Shown one piece after another: positions 1 through 10,143 of a stretch of 64,000 nucleotides of DNA (position 1 is its first letter; every line of letters begins with the position of its first letter). The DNA is taken from assembly GCA_963762115.1 (NCBI GenBank), contig CAVXJH010000006.1, positions 384,001 to 448,000 of the forward strand. Direction: 5' to 3'. This DNA is from Candidatus Babeliales bacterium. Its GTDB lineage: Bacteria > Babelota > Babeliae > Babelales > JANWKD01. Made by a program: the position numbers and the translations under genes. Below the pieces are notes generated by a model. The model was not told where the DNA came from and did not search any database. It was given only the letters and a program-made list of their open reading frames with translations.

Positions 1-171
1 GCAGATGAACCCACTGGCAACTTAGATGCAAAAACAGCGGCAATGATTATTGATCTTGTGCTTGCGTATCAAGAAGAGTATGCTATGGGTCTGATTATTA
101 GTTCGCATGATGCTGCAATTAAGGCTCGTATGAATAGTATAATTACCGTAAAAGATGGTCTTTTTGTTTGA
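1..171 (+). CDS. ABC transporter ATP-binding subunit, LolD/FtsE-like (3' end only)
   Basis: Frame 1 reads ADEPTGNLDAKTA...IISSHD...VKDGLFV*, i.e. Walker B/D-loop and H-loop; truncated by the window edge. Confidence 0.85.
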   Translation, partial: ADEPTGNLDAKTAAMIIDLVLAYQEEYAMGLIISSHDAAIKARMNSIITVKDGLFV

Positions 172-190
172 ATCAAGAACAAGGATATTC

Positions 191-1873
191 ATGCATACCA
201 AACAAGCAACAGTTGCCTTTGATAAAAAAGGTGTCGTAAGAAAAACAATTCAAGTTGGCAGTTCAACTCTTTTGAGCAGATTAACAGGGCTGGTTCGAGA
301 AATTTTATTGGTAAAATTTTTGGGTGCAGGGGCGCTTTCCGATGCCTTTTTTACTGCCTATAAAATTCCAAACTCGCTGCGAAAAATATTTGCTGAAGGG
401 GCACTAAGTTCAGCATTAGTGCCAACGCTTGTTGGTCTTATTAAAAAAGAGCGAAGAGATCTTGTCAGTTCGTTAATGTCCCTTACATTTTTAGTATTTG
501 AAAGTATTTTGGTTGCTTTATGTTTATTTATTTTTTGGAACGCAGAACTTGTGGTTCGTTGTTTGGCTCCTGGTTGGTATTTAGAAATTGTAACAGAGCG
601 ACTTCATTCAGCAGTGCCACTTATTGGATGGATTTTTGAATATTTATTTCCTGCGTGCTATGTTCCTGGGCCTAATCCAGAAATTGCGCAGTATGCAATT
701 AATTATTTGAAGTTGCTTTTCCCGGTGATTTTATTTTTTTCAAGTGGCGCTATTTTGGCAGGTGCATTACAATCAGTGCACCATTTTTTTATTCCAGCAA
801 TTGCTCCCGTTTTATTTAATATTGTGTATATTACAGGGCTTTTAAGCTGTTTGCGTTTTGGTCTGTCAGTTAATGCTCTTTGCTATTGTTTGTTGATAGC
901 AAGTTTATTTCAATTTTTATTGCATATTTATATGTATTTTAAACTTAACTTTAGTTTTGCAAGAATTGATCAAGAAACACGAAATCATTTTAGAGAATTA
1001 TTAATAAAGTTTGTGCCATTTTTATTTAGTATGAGCATTATGGAAGTTAATTTGGCAATTATCACCACCGTTGCAACGTATTTGCCGCATGGTTCAATTT
1101 CATTTTTAAATTATGCAAATAGATTTATGGGTATTCCTTTGGGTGTTTTTGCAACAGCATTTTCCACCATTTTGTTGCCTTATTTCTCTCGAGTAAGCAC
1201 GTATGCACCAAAACGATTAAGTGTATATTTATTAGAAGCGGCAAAGGTTGTTTTTTGGATTACCATGCCTGCTATGATTATGATGATGTTGTTATCGGAG
1301 AAAATTTTTCATACCTTATTTTTATCAGAGAAGTTTACGGTTGCCCATGTAGCAAAAGCAAGTGATGTTTTGGTTGCATTTTTGGCTGGTTTATTTTTCT
1401 TTTCTTTGTATAAAATTATTTTGAATCTTTTTTATTCATTAAAGGGTTCAACGTCTTCAATTATTATTGTTTCATTGTCGGCGATCGTTGCTAACTATAC
1501 TTTTGGTAAACTCTTAATGCCTTTTTGTGGTGCCGTTGGTTTGGCGTTAGCTATGGTTCTCTCATGTGTTATTCAAATTGTTTTGTTGCTTTGGTTTTTG
1601 CATAAACATTTCGATATTAAAATATATATGAAGCCGTTCCTGTTATTTATGATTGCTGCAGGTAAACAAATGAGTGTATTAATACCGTTATTTGTGCTTG
1701 TCTATCAAGTTGGCATTGTTTTGATTGGATTTTCTTGCCCATCATATATAAGTCATTTTTTGCTCTACAAAGTTGGTTTTTGGTTGTGGGCAGGCCCTTT
1801 ATGTGTTTTTATTGCGTATCTTTTTTATCGCACCCGAAAAATGTTTGCTCTTAATTTGTATTTCTTAGATTAA
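191..1873 (+). CDS. murJ: Lipid II flippase MurJ (MviN)
   Basis: TLLSRLTGLVRE, SDAFFTAYKIPNSLRKIFAEGALS and many TM helices; ATG at 191 follows AAGGA (ORF track starts at 155). Confidence 0.93.
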   Translation: MHTKQATVAFDKKGVVRKTIQVGSSTLLSRLTGLVREILLVKFLGAGALSDAFFTAYKIPNSLRKIFAEGALSSALVPTLVGLIKKERRDLVSSLMSLTFLVFESILVALCLFIFWNAELVVRCLAPGWYLEIVTERLHSAVPLIGWIFEYLFPACYVPGPNPEIAQYAINYLKLLFPVILFFSSGAILAGALQSVHHFFIPAIAPVLFNIVYITGLLSCLRFGLSVNALCYCLLIASLFQFLLHIYMYFKLNFSFARIDQETRNHFRELLIKFVPFLFSMSIMEVNLAIITTVATYLPHGSISFLNYANRFMGIPLGVFATAFSTILLPYFSRVSTYAPKRLSVYLLEAAKVVFWITMPAMIMMMLLSEKIFHTLFLSEKFTVAHVAKASDVLVAFLAGLFFFSLYKIILNLFYSLKGSTSSIIIVSLSAIVANYTFGKLLMPFCGAVGLALAMVLSCVIQIVLLLWFLHKHFDIKIYMKPFLLFMIAAGKQMSVLIPLFVLVYQVGIVLIGFSCPSYISHFLLYKVGFWLWAGPLCVFIAYLFYRTRKMFALNLYFLD

Positions 1874-1885
1874 TTGAGTTTTTTT

Positions 1886-2317
1886 ATGAAAAGAGAATTT
1901 TCTGCTGGGGTTGTTGTCTATCATCAAACACCGCAGCATCGTTATTATTTGCTGTTACAATATGGGGCGGGTCATTGGGATTTCCCTAAAGGACATATTG
2001 AAAAAGGTGAGAATAAGCAAGAAGCAGCATTGCGAGAATTGAAAGAAGAAGCAGGTCTTGAATTAACGTTGCAAGAAGGTTTTGAGCATTCATTTTCTTA
2101 TTTTTTTAAAAATCCTAAAACGCATGAATTAATACTCAAAGAAGTGTATTTTTTTATTGCTTCAAGTCCCCACAAAAAAGTTACTTTGTCATTTGAGCAT
2201 ACTGATTTTGCCTGGCTGCCGTTTGATAAGGCTCTTGAGCAGCTTACCTATAAAAATGCACAGGAGTTGCTTACGGCAGTCGATGCTTGGTTAAGTAACA
2301 TGAAAAGTAAAAATTAG
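1886..2317 (+). CDS. NUDIX hydrolase, asymmetrical Ap4A hydrolase-like
   Basis: Nudix box GHIEKGENKQEAALRELKEEAGL, plus WDFPKG and LSFEHTDFAW. Confidence 0.88.
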   Translation: MKREFSAGVVVYHQTPQHRYYLLLQYGAGHWDFPKGHIEKGENKQEAALRELKEEAGLELTLQEGFEHSFSYFFKNPKTHELILKEVYFFIASSPHKKVTLSFEHTDFAWLPFDKALEQLTYKNAQELLTAVDAWLSNMKSKN

Positions 2318-2347
2318 TATTTTGCATAAAAATAAGAAAAACAGAGG

Positions 2348-2474
2348 TGTCTTCCCGAGGCACATTGTGCCGTGGGGATCCAGATTATAAAATTCTTTTG
2401 ATTTTTTTATTAGAACATTATTATCTGGGTTGCCACACCTACTCAGTTAAAAACTTCGTAGGTTCGCAATGACA
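2348..2474. repeat. Complete two-armed palindromic element (CGTC-type / Rickettsia palindromic element-like); module A plus inverted arm
   Basis: Left arm TGTCTTCCCGAGGCACATTGTGCCGTGGGGATCCAGAT, AT-rich spacer, right arm ATCTGGGTTGCCAC...TCGCAATGACA; the left arm recurs at 10144, 11948 and 46135. Confidence 0.8.
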
Positions 2475-2671
2475 ATTCGATGATATTGTCAGTTATATTT
2501 GATTATTAAGTTTTACGGGTTTTTAATTGACTGGCCTCTGATAATTCTTGAAAAAACAATTAATTACCCTATAATTATAATAATTGAAAAATTTATTTAA
2601 ATATAATTTCCTCAATTTAACTATATAAAATTTCTATTAATCATAAAAAATCTTATTTCGATTGATATATC

Positions 2672-3484
2672 ATGAAAATAAGTCGCAACTCGCTTATACT
2701 ATTTATTCTGATCATATTTAGCGGTCTTTTTTTTGCACGTGAAAATATACGCATGTTTCTTGATGGGTATGCGGTAAAACTGGCCCAAGATCGTTTTGGT
2801 TCACAATCACTTGCGCCTGAACAAGAAGAAAAAATAAGGCACATTGCCCAGGAAATGAATATATTTGAACCGATTATTATTCGCAAAATGAACCATCAAG
2901 CGCTTTGCACAATGGGCTATTATAATGCATTTGCCTACTTTCCACAGTTTTTAAACTGTATTCCTCTCAGCAATCAGCCATTTTTGTTTTTCAGCGAGGG
3001 TTTTTTCCAAGATTTATCGCCTGAGGAGCAGCGGTTTTTAATTGGCCACGAATTAACGCATATCAAAGAGCATCACTTTCAATATCTAAATCTTATGTGG
3101 CTTTTTGTTGTCATTTCGTTGCTTTTAATGGTGTGGTGGTTAAAAAGAAATTGGATGACCCATATTGTTTGCAGTCTCGTCCCTCTTAACTATCAACCCT
3201 ATGCAATAGTAGGATGTGCTTCTTTATTGGTTTATATGAGTTTATTAATTCCTAATTTGTGTAGCATGGCCTATAGAAGACACAGTGAATGGGTCGCCGA
3301 TGAAACATCTCTGAATGTGCTTAATTCTCATGATGGAGCTCTTAAGCTTTTTGAAAAATGGCAAAAAGATTTTAAAATGCCTGATTATTATCCTTATTAT
3401 GGATTGCTTGCAACTCATCCTGATCTTAAAGAACGAAAAATATATTGTTTAAATCTCAAAAACAAGTCGGAAGAAATTTTATGA
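2672..3484 (+). CDS. M48 (HtpX/Ste24-like) membrane metalloprotease
   Basis: GHELTHIKE zinc motif, downstream EWVAD, THP motif, TM helices. Confidence 0.85.
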   Translation: MKISRNSLILFILIIFSGLFFARENIRMFLDGYAVKLAQDRFGSQSLAPEQEEKIRHIAQEMNIFEPIIIRKMNHQALCTMGYYNAFAYFPQFLNCIPLSNQPFLFFSEGFFQDLSPEEQRFLIGHELTHIKEHHFQYLNLMWLFVVISLLLMVWWLKRNWMTHIVCSLVPLNYQPYAIVGCASLLVYMSLLIPNLCSMAYRRHSEWVADETSLNVLNSHDGALKLFEKWQKDFKMPDYYPYYGLLATHPDLKERKIYCLNLKNKSEEIL

Positions 3485-4227
3485 AAACAATGAAACTTAT
3501 CGTAATGTGCGGAACATTTTGCCTTACTGTGTTGAGCAGCGTTCAAGCGAAAATGGTGGAACATCCAGAAAATGCCTATTCGGTACAAGCTTCACAAGAT
3601 TTAGTAGCCCTTGCGCAAAAAGCGGCAACTATCGTTGATTTTGATACTTATTATGAAATTGGAATGCCTACAAAGGCGGGTATTGCAATAAATCCTTTAA
3701 GCAATTTTGTGGTATATGGAATCAATCCACTTACGAAAAATCCTTTTATAATAGCTAACCCTGAATGGCTTGCCAAAATGCCTGAAGAACAACAACTTTT
3801 TTTCTTTGCGCGTAATTTTTTAACATTTAAGGAAGGAAAACCTCTTTTGATGAAGGTTGTTCCCTACTTATATATTCTTTTTTCTATTTTATTGTCGATT
3901 TTTCTATTCTTTGCATTAGGAAAAACACCATTAAAAAATCAGAGGATCTGGGTACGTGTGCTATTAGTTATTGCTCTTATGATGGCTTCTGAATTATTAA
4001 TCACCGACAGATTAGAAGCGGCAATGTTGCGTTATTTAGGTAAACGTTTTGACATCAACATACTTGAATTAGTAGTGCAAAAAACAAAAGATAGAGATGC
4101 CGCAGTAAAAGCTTTGGAATTTTATGACTCTTCAATACAAGATGAAGCGCATAATGATGAAAAGTTCTGGGCACCATATAAAAATTTGTTTGCAGAATAT
4201 GCACAGGAATTAAAAAAGAATAGCTAA
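3481..4227 (+). CDS. M48-like membrane protein lacking HExxH (probable inactive paralog)
   Basis: Same layout as the upstream gene; MPEEQQLFFFARNFLTFKE aligns with LSPEEQRFLIGHELTHIKE; ATGA overlap with the upstream gene. Confidence 0.6.
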   Translation: MKTMKLIVMCGTFCLTVLSSVQAKMVEHPENAYSVQASQDLVALAQKAATIVDFDTYYEIGMPTKAGIAINPLSNFVVYGINPLTKNPFIIANPEWLAKMPEEQQLFFFARNFLTFKEGKPLLMKVVPYLYILFSILLSIFLFFALGKTPLKNQRIWVRVLLVIALMMASELLITDRLEAAMLRYLGKRFDINILELVVQKTKDRDAAVKALEFYDSSIQDEAHNDEKFWAPYKNLFAEYAQELKKNS

Positions 4228-4245
4228 TTTTTTGTGTAAAAAGCT

Positions 4246-4289
4246 AACTCCCTGCTTTATAAAATTATTATAGAGCGGGGAGTTTTTTT
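4246..4289. terminator. Intrinsic terminator between convergent genes
   Basis: AACTCCCTGCTTTATA...TATAGAGCGGGGAGTT hairpin followed by a T-tract. Confidence 0.7.
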
Positions 4290-4304
4290 ATGTAGGTTGT
4301 TGTT

Positions 4305-4616
4305 TTATCCGGCTTTATTGCTTGCAACAATAATTTGTTGAATATCTGATAGCAAGCAAATGCCGCCATATTTTTCTAATTCACTTCGAATAACGCTGAC
4401 CAAATTTTCTGTTTTGTCAGGTTCGCAAATAATCATAATATAACTATTGGCCGAAACGTCGGTGAAATCTTGAGCATCATGAATGCCATGCAATCCTCTG
4501 CCAGCTATGCCGTTAATAATGGTATAACCAGGAAGTGAGAGTGCTTCAAAAGCATCTAAAACATAGGGAAGATAAATCGATTCGATAATGATCTCTATTT
4601 TTTTTGCATTTTTCAT
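4305..4616 (-). CDS. sbtB: PII-like regulator SbtB
   Basis: KKIEIIIE, GYTIINGIAGRGLHG, YGGICLLSD; directly downstream of sbtA. Confidence 0.85.
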   Translation of the reverse strand: MKNAKKIEIIIESIYLPYVLDAFEALSLPGYTIINGIAGRGLHGIHDAQDFTDVSANSYIMIICEPDKTENLVSVIRSELEKYGGICLLSDIQQIIVASNKAG

Positions 4617-4619
4617 TCT

Positions 4620-5588
4620 TTATATCCAAAAATAACGAATAATAAACATATATAAGGGTAACCCAATTATGATATTAAAAGGAAAGGTTATTGCCAATGC
4701 CATAGGAATATACAGACCGGGATTTGCTTGGGGAATTGAAATTCTCATAGCAGCAGGTACGGCAATATGTGAAGCGCTTGCGGTGATTGCGCTCAAGAGG
4801 AGACTGTTGCCGATTGAAAGATTTAAAAAGTATGCAACTACTATGCCCAATAATCCATTGATTAAAGGAATGCCGATTGCAAAAGGAATCAAAAAAGTAG
4901 CGGATTTTTTTAAATCCTGTAATCGTTTAGCTGCTAAAATGCCAATATCAAGCATAAAGAAAGTGAGTATTCCTTTAAAAATATCATGGGTAAATGGCTT
5001 GAGTGCAAGATAACCTTGATGGCCAGAAATAAAGCCAATTAATAAACTGCCAAGGATCAAAAAAACAGAACTATTTAAAAATGCCTCATGAAGAATTGAA
5101 AAATTTTTCACCGTAGGATTTTTTTGAGGGGCAAATTTTTTCGCCAAATAAAGCCCAAGAATAATCGGTGGTGATTCAACTAATGCCAATGCTGCAACCA
5201 TGAAGCCATCAAATTGATAGCCGAGCAACTGTAAAAAATTTGTGGCTGATATAAAGGTGACTGCTCCAACAGATCCATAGGTTGCTGCAATGGCAGCAGA
5301 ATCATACACATTCAATCGTGTGCGGAGCAAAAAGAAGGTATAAAGAGGAATTATGCATGATAAAAGTGTAGCAGCACATAAAGGAATAATGGCTGCAATA
5401 GTGATGCCAGCATGATGCAACTCTACTCCTCCTTGAAAGCCGAGTGCAAACAAAAGATACAATGAAAAAAAGCGTGCTATCGGGTTTGGTATCACTAAAT
5501 CAACATGCAATAAACAAGCACATGCGCCAAGAAGAAAAAAGAGAATTGGTGGACTAATGAGATTGAGAAAAATAAATGATAAATCCAT
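4620..5588 (-). CDS. sbtA: Sodium-dependent bicarbonate transporter family permease SbtA (DUF897)
   Basis: NLISPPILFFLLG, AATYGSVGAVTF, ASASHIAVPAAMR, ITFPFNIIIGLPLY. Confidence 0.9.
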   Translation of the reverse strand: MDLSFIFLNLISPPILFFLLGACACLLHVDLVIPNPIARFFSLYLLFALGFQGGVELHHAGITIAAIIPLCAATLLSCIIPLYTFFLLRTRLNVYDSAAIAATYGSVGAVTFISATNFLQLLGYQFDGFMVAALALVESPPIILGLYLAKKFAPQKNPTVKNFSILHEAFLNSSVFLILGSLLIGFISGHQGYLALKPFTHDIFKGILTFFMLDIGILAAKRLQDLKKSATFLIPFAIGIPLINGLLGIVVAYFLNLSIGNSLLLSAITASASHIAVPAAMRISIPQANPGLYIPMALAITFPFNIIIGLPLYMFIIRYFWI

Positions 5589-5776
5589 ATTTTTGTTTCC
5601 GTTTAAAATATCAACAATAATAAATACTGATTGTAGTTTAACGAATTTTGACTGTTTATTCTATTGAACTTGGCTATGTATTCAGGAACTTTCTTGCTGA
5701 ATTTTTTTATATAAAGTATTTTTGTATAAGAAAGTTGCTCATTATTAATAAGTTATTCACTTTGAGGAGAAATAAT

Positions 5777-6718
5777 ATGAATTGTATGCATTTTATTTTG
5801 TTATTTTTTGCTTTCATGCAGATGGTTAGCGTGCATGCTATGGAAGTTGCATCATTAGAAACTCGTAAGTTGCTTATGCAAGAACCTGACATTGCAAAAG
5901 CAGCTAGCATTTTTGGCGATGTGGGAATTATTGCTGCTCAAGATTTTTTGATTCATGATACAAAATTTAAAGAAAGAAAAGATGAAGGATTAACGTTGTT
6001 GGGGCAACTTTTTGATGTTGCGAGTAATTATGATGTTCTTGTTGATATGACAAATTGTGTTATGACGGAACATGTCAATTATTTACCTTATATTTATGGT
6101 GATAAGACATATGATGAATTTGAAGGTGATATTAAAAATAATTACAACAAGCTTTTTAAATTTGCAAAGCAAAAAAAACATGATGATGTTAAAGCGCAAG
6201 CACTTTTTGCTGATGCTCTTTATACTATGGAAAATACAAGGGTTATGAGAGAAGGTATAAAGAGAGTATTATTAGAAACAAGGGTAGTTGAAATATTAAG
6301 AGGCTATCAAAACAAAATTAATGAATGTGTATGGCGTGCTACTCAAAAAACAAATCTTGAAGCGGTAGAAATACTATCGCAAGAATATAAACGTTGTATA
6401 AAAAATTGTCATTTTGAAGATGCAAAAATAGATGCTCAAAAAAACTATATTAAAATGTGTTATGACTTTTCTTATTGTGCTTGGTTGCAAAATTCTCATG
6501 ATATAGCATTGAAATATGGCAAAGAAGCTTCAGATAAAGCATTGGAATGGGGTCAAAATGAGCCCATTTCGCAAAAAATATTGATTAATTGGCACAGTAC
6601 CCTTTCTGGTAAAAAGCATAAAGAATTTTCAGCAAGACCAGCAAAAACATCCTTCAGGAAAAGAAAACTTCCACGGCCAAAGCCATTTGAAAAAAAACAA
6701 AAGATGTTTACTGAATAA
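5777..6718 (+). CDS. Secreted orphan protein (VHA-ME motif), helical, basic C-terminus
   Basis: GAGGAG RBS before ATG 5777; signal peptide MNCMHFILLFFAFMQMVSVHA-ME. Confidence 0.7.
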   Translation: MNCMHFILLFFAFMQMVSVHAMEVASLETRKLLMQEPDIAKAASIFGDVGIIAAQDFLIHDTKFKERKDEGLTLLGQLFDVASNYDVLVDMTNCVMTEHVNYLPYIYGDKTYDEFEGDIKNNYNKLFKFAKQKKHDDVKAQALFADALYTMENTRVMREGIKRVLLETRVVEILRGYQNKINECVWRATQKTNLEAVEILSQEYKRCIKNCHFEDAKIDAQKNYIKMCYDFSYCAWLQNSHDIALKYGKEASDKALEWGQNEPISQKILINWHSTLSGKKHKEFSARPAKTSFRKRKLPRPKPFEKKQKMFTE

Positions 6719-6727
6719 TGTTATCTA

Positions 6728-7930
6728 TTATTCATGTTTTTCAACTTCTTTTTGTTGGCGCATAAACGTTGGCACATCAAGATCATTTAAATCAATGACC
6801 TCATAATTTTTTTCAACATGTTTTTCTTGCGCGGTTTCTACAACCTGTTCAAGGTGTTCAGCAACAGGAATTTTTATCAATTGAACTTCAGGTTGTGGTG
6901 ATTGCTTAACTATTTGTTCAATAGCAGGTTTAAATTTTTGTGACTCTTGAACTATGTTCATTTCATGATTAAAACCAGTTGCAATCACGGTGATAATAAT
7001 GTCATCAGCAAGAGCTTCATCAATGACCGATCCAACAATAATGCTCGCGTTTTCATCTGCTTGTTCAGCAATAACGGAAGCGGCAACGCCGATTTCATGC
7101 AGGCTTAGATTAAGGCCGCCAGAAATATTAATTAATATACCGCGAGCGCCTTTGATGTTCATATTTTCAAGTAATGGGGAAGATATTGCTTGATAAGCTG
7201 CATCTAAAGCACGATCTTTGCCTGTAGCTTTTCCGGTTCCCATAATTGCCAAGCCCATATCTTTCATGATTGTTCTTACATCAGCAAAATCAACGTTGAT
7301 GTGACCTGGCTTGGTGATAATATCAGCAATACCTTTTACTGATTGATGTAAAATCGTATTAATCATGCCAAATGCATCGATCATTGATACATTTTGATCG
7401 ACCGTTTCAAGTAATTTTTGATTGGGGATAATGAGTAGGGTATCAACTTCTTTTTTTAATGCTTCAATTGATTCTTGTGCAATTGCTGCTCTTTTTTTTC
7501 CTTCAAAAGTAAATGGTTTGGTGACAATTGCAATCGAAAGAATATTTTTTTCTTTAAGTGCGCGAGCAATAACAGGAATTGCGCCTGAACCAGTTCCTCC
7601 ACCCATGCCGGCGGTTAAAAAAACGATATCAGCATCTTCAAGAAGATCCATGATTTTACTCAAATCTTCTTCAGCTGCTCTTTTTCCTAATTCAGGATTT
7701 GCTCCAGCACCGAGTCCCTTTGTTGATTTGAGACCAAGTTGAATTTTGTGAGATGCCTTTGAAAGATTCAGTGCTTGTGCATCGGTATTTGCTACAATAA
7801 ATTCAATGCCGTGATATTGTTGTGCGTCAATCATGCTATTAACCGTGTTTCCGCCAGCACCACCAACTCCTAAAACTTTAATGCGTGCAGAAGGAATCTC
7901 ATCATGATGAGTAACTTCAAATTCAAACAT
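6728..7930 (-). CDS. ftsZ: Cell division GTPase FtsZ
   Basis: GVGGAGGN, GGGTGSG tubulin motif, INVDFADV, C-terminal LDVPTFMR. Confidence 0.98.
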   Translation of the reverse strand: MFEFEVTHHDEIPSARIKVLGVGGAGGNTVNSMIDAQQYHGIEFIVANTDAQALNLSKASHKIQLGLKSTKGLGAGANPELGKRAAEEDLSKIMDLLEDADIVFLTAGMGGGTGSGAIPVIARALKEKNILSIAIVTKPFTFEGKKRAAIAQESIEALKKEVDTLLIIPNQKLLETVDQNVSMIDAFGMINTILHQSVKGIADIITKPGHINVDFADVRTIMKDMGLAIMGTGKATGKDRALDAAYQAISSPLLENMNIKGARGILINISGGLNLSLHEIGVAASVIAEQADENASIIVGSVIDEALADDIIITVIATGFNHEMNIVQESQKFKPAIEQIVKQSPQPEVQLIKIPVAEHLEQVVETAQEKHVEKNYEVIDLNDLDVPTFMRQQKEVEKHE

Positions 7931-7945
7931 GTCCTCTCCTCTTTT

Positions 7946-9184
7946 TTAAAAAAACTCCGATACCCATGATTTCATCCGCCCTATAATGCGTGAAGCAAGG
8001 GGACCGGTGAATCTGTTAATGGAAGTAGTATCCTGTTTTTTTAATGCATGAAGCAAGAGTCCGTAACCAGTTGCATACATTGGATTTTGTAAAAAGGGTG
8101 AAAATGTTGATTGTGTATGGGGAATTCCAATGCGCACGGGCATATTAAAAATGTTTGTTGCGAGTGATTGCATGCCTTTAAGAAGTGCTCCACCGCCGGT
8201 CAGCACAAAGCCACTTGGCATGAAAGAGTAAAGAGAATGTTTTTTGCATTCTTTATCAATGAATCTGAAGAGTTCTTGTGCGCGTGGTTGTAAAATAGCT
8301 AAAAGTTCGCTTTGTAAAATTAATTGTGTTGATTGTTCACTAATGCTTGCCAGTTCTATGCAGGTATCTTCACCTAATAAGTTTGGATCAACAATACCAT
8401 ATTCTTTTTTTATTTCTTCAGCAGCTTTAATTGTTGTTCTCAATCCTATTGCAATATCTTTGGTGAAATGATTGCCAGCAATTGGTAAAACCATGGTATG
8501 CCTAATAGTGCCTTTGTGATAGATTGCCAGATCAGAAGTGCCACCGCCGATATCAAGCATCCCAACACCGAGTAGTTTTTCGTCATCGGTTAATACGGCA
8601 TCGGCAGAAGCAAGTTGCTCTAATACAATATCATTGACGGTGATGCCTGCAGATTCACAACATTTAACTAAATTGTGCACTGAGGCAACTGATCCGGTGA
8701 TGATATGAACATGTGCTTCCAGTCTGACCCCAAACATGCCAAGAGGGTCAACGACTTTTTCATGGGAATCTATAATAAAAAATTGTGGCAACACATGAAG
8801 GATCTGTTGTCCTTCGGGTAAGGCAACGGCGCGAGCTGCCATTGTTGCTTGTATAATATCATAGTTTCTTATTTCACCGCGATTAATTGGTACCATGCCA
8901 CTAGAATTACGTGATTGAATATGTGCACCCGAAATGCCAATGGTGGCTTGTTGAATGGCGCAGCCTGACATTAATTCTGCTTCGCGTAAGGCATTTTTTA
9001 TTGAATGCACTGTTTTTGCTACATCGACAACAACACCTTTTTCTAGACCTTCTGAAGGTGCTTTGCCAATGCCAATTAATTCAAACGAATCATTGCTCAT
9101 TATTTGAGCAACTAAAACACAAATTTTTGTAGTGCCAATATCAAGTGCAACCAATAATTGGTCAGGATGAATAGATTGTTTCAT
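7946..9184 (-). CDS. ftsA: Cell division protein FtsA
   Basis: LDIGTTKI, DIGGGTSD, VLTGGG, C-terminal amphipathic helix; upstream of ftsZ. Confidence 0.96.
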   Translation of the reverse strand: MKQSIHPDQLLVALDIGTTKICVLVAQIMSNDSFELIGIGKAPSEGLEKGVVVDVAKTVHSIKNALREAELMSGCAIQQATIGISGAHIQSRNSSGMVPINRGEIRNYDIIQATMAARAVALPEGQQILHVLPQFFIIDSHEKVVDPLGMFGVRLEAHVHIITGSVASVHNLVKCCESAGITVNDIVLEQLASADAVLTDDEKLLGVGMLDIGGGTSDLAIYHKGTIRHTMVLPIAGNHFTKDIAIGLRTTIKAAEEIKKEYGIVDPNLLGEDTCIELASISEQSTQLILQSELLAILQPRAQELFRFIDKECKKHSLYSFMPSGFVLTGGGALLKGMQSLATNIFNMPVRIGIPHTQSTFSPFLQNPMYATGYGLLLHALKKQDTTSINRFTGPLASRIIGRMKSWVSEFF

Positions 9185-9957
9185 GCTACCCCCTCGTGCA
9201 TTGTATGCACTATAAATTGATTTTTAAAGCGTATATCAACGCCCCATTTTTTTTGTTCTTTTTGATTTTTTTGTGTGTGCTGCGTGAAAAGTTGATTTTT
9301 TATACTATTGCATTGGCTAAAGCAGGGATGTGAGGGATTTTTTGCCGCGTGTGTAATAATGCAAAAATTGGGTACTGATTTATCGCATAATTGAATGCGC
9401 GTATGATCAATCCAACGAATGGTATAAAGAGCAAATAATTCTGAAGAACAATTTTCAAGCCACCGTTTTAGGTGAAAAGCAAACTTTTTTGAACTAATTT
9501 TTTCTTTTTCTTCAACAAGTATAGTTGGTAATTCTTGGATTACTGTTTGTTGAAAGATGGTTGTTGAAGCTATGGCGCCATTTTCAAGCATAACGTGTTG
9601 ATCATTAATGCGAATAATAGGATTTAGGGTTCTTAGCGAAATATGCACATAGCCGGGGCTGATGTAACGAGCATTCACCGCACCCAAAAAATCAAAATGA
9701 GATTTTAGTGTGGTGAGCGAATGTTCATCAAAAATTGTATGTAACACATTTTCATGGGCATAGGTGTTAATTTCTGTATTGGTTTTTTCGGAACAAAGAG
9801 AATCAAGAGTAATCGTGTAGCGCTGAGTCACAAAAAGATAGTGCCAACAATGCCAAAGCCCACTGGCAATCATGATGGCAAGAAAAAAATAAACAAGAAG
9901 ATGCTTCTTGCTAACAACTATTTTTTGTAAGCAGTTTGCTGCAGCAGACATCTTCAT
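9181..9957 (-). CDS. ftsQ: Divergent FtsQ/DivIB-like bitopic membrane protein
   Basis: Single TM, POTRA-like region, C-terminal VDIRFKNQFIV; ATGA overlap with ftsA. Confidence 0.7.
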   Translation of the reverse strand: MKMSAAANCLQKIVVSKKHLLVYFFLAIMIASGLWHCWHYLFVTQRYTITLDSLCSEKTNTEINTYAHENVLHTIFDEHSLTTLKSHFDFLGAVNARYISPGYVHISLRTLNPIIRINDQHVMLENGAIASTTIFQQTVIQELPTILVEEKEKISSKKFAFHLKRWLENCSSELFALYTIRWIDHTRIQLCDKSVPNFCIITHAAKNPSHPCFSQCNSIKNQLFTQHTQKNQKEQKKWGVDIRFKNQFIVHTMHEGVA

Positions 9958-10143
9958 ATTCTCCCCCTAGAATCTGTCCCTGAATTGATAATGAGTAAAA
10001 GAATATTCCTAAACAATACTCTTTTCTATAATTATTAACTTTTTGTCATTAGAAAAGTCAACAATTATGAAGTTTTTTTTAATATGATTATAGTTGTTAA
10101 ATTTAATAACATATATTTTTACGAGAGCTGGGATAGAAAGGTA

